Origin: Candidatus Omnitrophota bacterium
Lineage (GTDB): Bacteria; Omnitrophota; Gorgyraeia; DTHP01
NCBI GenBank assembly: GCA_023819145.1
Contig: JAMWCW010000002.1
Location: forward strand, 139,231 to 203,230
Length of the DNA stretch: 64,000 bases
Direction: 5' to 3'
In this document: piece after piece, positions 63,045 to 64,000 of the stretch
How the letters are laid out: each line of letters opens with the position of its first letter
How positions within the stretch are numbered: position 1 is the stretch's first letter
Notes under the pieces: generated by a model
What the model saw: only the letters and a program-made list of their open reading frames with translations
Told to the model about the DNA's origin: nothing
The model's database searches: none
Translations under genes and position numbers: made by a program

Positions 63045-64000
63045 CTTTTTGATTATCCTCTATTCCTAACAATCTCTCCACTTCTTCTTTCTCCAGTACT
63101 TCTTTTTCTAAAAGCGCCTCTGCTAAAATTTTAAGTTTATCCTTGTTTTTATGTAACTCTTCCTTAGCACGATTATAGCAAGTATTAATAATATTACCTA
63201 CTTCCTGGTCAATGAGTAAAGCGGTAGCGTCGCTGTAATTTTTCTCCTCAAATATATCCCGACCAAGAAATATCTGTTGCTGGTCTCTTCCAAAAGTTAT
63301 ATGTCCTAATCTTTCACTCATGCCCAATTTGGTAACCATAATCCGGGCTATTTCGGTTGCCTGCTTCAAATCATTCTCTGCCCCTGTAGAAATATCTTCA
63401 AAAATAAGTTCTTCACTCGCACGCCCACCTAAAAAGATGGTTATTTGTCTCAAAAGTTCTTTCTTAGTATGTAAATATTTGTCTTCCAAAGGGAAATCCA
63501 TGGTATGCCCCAAAGAAATACCCCGGGGTAAAATGGTAACTTTTAAAGGACGGGTTGGCCCAGCAATAAAGAAAGAAATTAAGGCATGACCCGCCTCGTG
63601 ATAAGCTATCCTTAATTTTTCATCCTTACTTATAACCCGTGATTTCTTCTCTGGTCCCGCTACCACCCGTTCAATCGCTTCATTAAGGTCCGCCATATCT
63701 ACTGCTTCTTTATTTTTTCGCGCAGCCAAGAGAGCCGCTTCATTAACGAGATTAGCAAGGTCTGCTCCGGAGAAACCAGGAGTTTGCCGGGCAATATTCT
63801 TTAAATTAACATCGGAAGCAATCTTTATGTTCTGTGTATGAACCTTAAGAATCTCCTCTCTACCTTTGATATCGGGACGGTCGATAACAATAACTCGGTC
63901 AAATCTCCCCGGCCTTAGCAAAGCAGGGTCTAAAACATCGGGACGGTTAGTAGCCGCAATCACAATTATCCCTTGTTCTGTATTAAACCCATCCATTTCT
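63025..64000 (-). CDS. ftsH: ATP-dependent zinc metalloprotease FtsH (C-terminal part; N-terminus beyond window end)
   Basis: AAA second region of homology ([24 protein letters not shown]). M41 zinc site HEAGHAL. The reading frame continues to the window edge. Confidence 0.9.
   Translation of the reverse strand, partial: EMDGFNTEQGIIVIAATNRPDVLDPALLRPGRFDRVIVIDRPDIKGREEILKVHTQNIKIASDVNLKNIARQTPGFSGADLANLVNEAALLAARKNKEAVDMADLNEAIERVVAGPEKKSRVISKDEKLRIAYHEAGHALISFFIAGPTRPLKVTILPRGISLGHTMDFPLEDKYLHTKKELLRQITIFLGGRASEELIFEDISTGAENDLKQATEIARIMVTKLGMSERLGHITFGRDQQQIFLGRDIFEEKNYSDATALLIDQEVGNIINTCYNRAKEELHKNKDKLKILAEALLEKEVLEKEEVERLLGIEDNQKDEGKTA

Noticed and set aside
1-64000. CRISPR arrays, rRNA genes or defence-system operons
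   Set aside because: No regularly spaced direct repeats. No rRNA-like conserved stretches. No multi-gene cluster with nuclease/ATPase/methyltransferase composition was seen. Every sizeable ORF has a plausible housekeeping or envelope assignment.

Overview
This is an AT-rich bacterial chromosomal segment in which every credible gene lies on the minus strand. All sizeable plus-strand ORFs in the track are antisense to conserved genes and I treat them as spurious.

The core (about 27.5-58.7 kb) is an unusually compact, contiguous translation/transcription superoperon. Reading in the direction of transcription (high to low coordinate) it runs: tRNA-Thr(TGT), tRNA-Tyr, tRNA-Gly, tRNA-Thr(GGT), tuf, rpmG, tRNA-Trp, secE, nusG, rplKAJL, rpoB, rpoC, rpsL, rpsG, fusA, the S10 operon, the spc operon (zinc-type S14, no L30), secY, adk, map, infA, rpmJ, rpsM, rpsK, rpsD, rpoA, rplQ. 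It is followed without a break by a metabolic block: leuC/leuD-like, ICDH/IPMDH-like, mdh, lpdA, lipB, lipA and a stand-alone 76-aa lipoyl-domain protein.

Upstream blocks are ftsH(partial), folP, cdaA, a YbbR-like protein, pdxJ, acpS, nnr. Downstream blocks are a glycolipid/lipid set (GT28 MGDG-synthase-like, LPLAT acyltransferase, gpsA), a small accessory patch (degenerate IS3-family element, secreted TlpA-like redoxin, PKD-repeat protein, two paralogous TPR proteins), then polA, glgA, coaE, rho, a hypothetical protein, trpB, trpA, a ManC-like gene, ruvX, an M16 peptidase and a partial M50 peptidase.

Small genes not in the ORF track were recovered by eye: rpmJ, rpmG and five tRNAs. I see no CRISPR array, no obvious defence system and no rRNA. 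The window is mostly housekeeping. The items most worth a second look are the lipoyl-domain/lipA/lipB/lpdA cluster fused onto the ribosomal alpha operon, the accessory TPR/PKD/redoxin/IS patch, and several atypical protein architectures (L17 KE-rich tail, FolP N-terminal extension).
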